DNA of 64,000 bases. Source: Thermoplasmatales archaeon SW_10_69_26. Its GTDB lineage: Archaea; Thermoplasmatota; SW-10-69-26. The stretch covers positions 55,821 through 119,820 of the forward strand of contig PXUB01000042.1 in assembly GCA_003009755.1 (NCBI GenBank). Direction: 5' to 3'. A model generated the notes under the pieces. That model worked only from the letters and a program-made list of their open reading frames with translations. It was not told where the DNA came from and searched no databases. Positions 62,802-64,000 of this stretch are shown in pieces. The position numbers and the translations under genes are program-made. The first letter of the stretch is position 1, and every line of letters starts with the position of its first letter.

Positions 62802-64000
62802 CTACAGCGAGGACTCGACCCGCTCGAGATCCACCCGCTCCCACGGCTGGCGGCGGTCCTCGTTGAACCCGTGCAGCCGGACCCGGTCGGCGTCCTCGCG
62901 GATCCGCGCCACGCGGTAGGGATCGTCGACGCCGACCACGTAGAAATCGTGGATCTCGGCCGTCTTGGCCTCCTCCCGCAGCGGCCGAAGCACGCGGCCC
63001 CGGCGCTGCACGTGCTGGCGTTCGCTGGTGCTCGAGGCCGCCAGCACCGCCGCGTCCGCGTCGGGTACGTCCAACCCCTCGTCCAGGGCCCGCACCGTGA
63101 CCAGGACCCCGGCCTCCATCCCGCGGTAGGTGGACAGCGTGCGGTCGCGCTCCTCGTCCCCCATGCCGGAGTGGTAGACCAGCGTGCGCAAGCCCTCGTC
63201 GCTCGAGCAGCGCGCCAGATCCTCGGCGAAGTCGATCTCCTCGGCGAACACGATCGTCTTCTTGTCCGACAGGCGATCGGTCAACCGCTCGAAGACGTCG
63301 ATCTTGCCGCGCGCGTTCTTCACGATCCGCGAACGGGCGAACAACAGCTCCTGAAGCTCCTCGGCCAGCTCCCCGGCGCCCTCGCCCCGTAGCAGGGCCA
63401 ACAGCTTGCCCAGCTCCTCCATGCCCGGTGGGTCCTCGAAGGCGTCGTCGATCTCGGCGATCACCAGGTTCAGCTGGCCGTTCAGGTCGTCGTAGGCCTG
63501 CTGCTCGCGCTCGGTCAGGTACGTCGAGTGCAGATGGTACTCGTAGTCGGCCAGGTGTCCCTCGTCGACGGCCTCCCGCAGCTCGTAGCGGTAGGCCACG
63601 CCCTCGAAGTACTCCTGCAAGCGTCGGGTGCCCTGGGGATCGTAGGGCCGGTGGGGCGTGGCCGACAGACCCAGCCGATGGTCGAAGGCGTCGACCAGGG
63701 CCTGGCTGTACGCCGGCGCGCCCGCCCGATGGCACTCGTCGACGACCAACAGCCGCCGGTCGTGCTCGCTGGCCATCGCTGCCAGCACGTCGGGGTTCCG
63801 GCGGGCTGTCTGGATCGGTGTGAGCGCGACCGGGGCCGCCTCGACGCGGCGTAGGCTCGCCGATCCGCTGACCGCTGCGATCTCGTCCTCTACGAGCCCC
63901 GCGTGGTCGACGAGGTCGGCCGTCCACTGGTGCAACAGGGCCCGCGTGGGGACGACGACCAGCGCGCGCTGGTTGCCGGCGCGGGCCCACTCGATCGCGC
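62802..64000 (-). CDS. Superfamily II helicase (XPB/Rad25-like); 5' end outside the window
   Basis: VVVPTRALLHQW, VVDECH, LGLSATP, LDEGLDVPDA, QRRGRVLR. Confidence 0.88.
   Translation of the reverse strand, partial: AIEWARAGNQRALVVVPTRALLHQWTADLVDHAGLVEDEIAAVSGSASLRRVEAAPVALTPIQTARRNPDVLAAMASEHDRRLLVVDECHRAGAPAYSQALVDAFDHRLGLSATPHRPYDPQGTRRLQEYFEGVAYRYELREAVDEGHLADYEYHLHSTYLTEREQQAYDDLNGQLNLVIAEIDDAFEDPPGMEELGKLLALLRGEGAGELAEELQELLFARSRIVKNARGKIDVFERLTDRLSDKKTIVFAEEIDFAEDLARCSSDEGLRTLVYHSGMGDEERDRTLSTYRGMEAGVLVTVRALDEGLDVPDADAAVLAASSTSERQHVQRRGRVLRPLREEAKTAEIHDFYVVGVDDPYRVARIREDADRVRLHGFNEDRRQPWERVDLERVESSL

Noticed and set aside
62802-64000. Helicase as part of a defence or phosphorothioation system
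   Set aside because: Partial gene with no partner genes visible; XPB-like repair helicase is the simpler call
1-64000. tRNA, rRNA, integrase, transposase or viral hallmark genes
   Set aside because: None recognised by eye

Overview
GC-rich window with strongly acidic predicted proteins. Cbf5, DUF99, haloarchaeal-type Csp and Rieske/cytochrome b genes, and TATA-like promoters point to a halophilic archaeon. PlsC and the TPGPG-type C-terminal anchors suggest Thermoplasmatota (inference). Left end: secreted M14 peptidase, 5-formyl-THF cyclo-ligase, a four-copy cold-shock gene array (two copies broken at the same base), and a cupredoxin/Rieske/split cytochrome b operon. The middle ~48 kb (7.5-55 kb) is all plus-strand secreted or surface proteins: a paralog pair of unknown family, giants of 2727, ~4590 and ~3310 aa with a shared Pro-rich/TM/Arg C-terminal signal, and a DUF4129-DUF4350-DUF58 module lacking the usual MoxR ATPase. 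The right end is housekeeping (FadD, CinA-like, DUF99, Cbf5, PlsC, AI-2E, Tmk, XPB-like helicase). The best non-coding find is a ~167-bp palindromic element present twice in opposite orientation (7188-7354 and 58632-58799), each copy flanked by its own 10-bp direct repeat, with no transposase in the window. Several abrupt junctions could be real deletions or assembly artefacts. All family calls come from motif recognition by eye; no searches were run.
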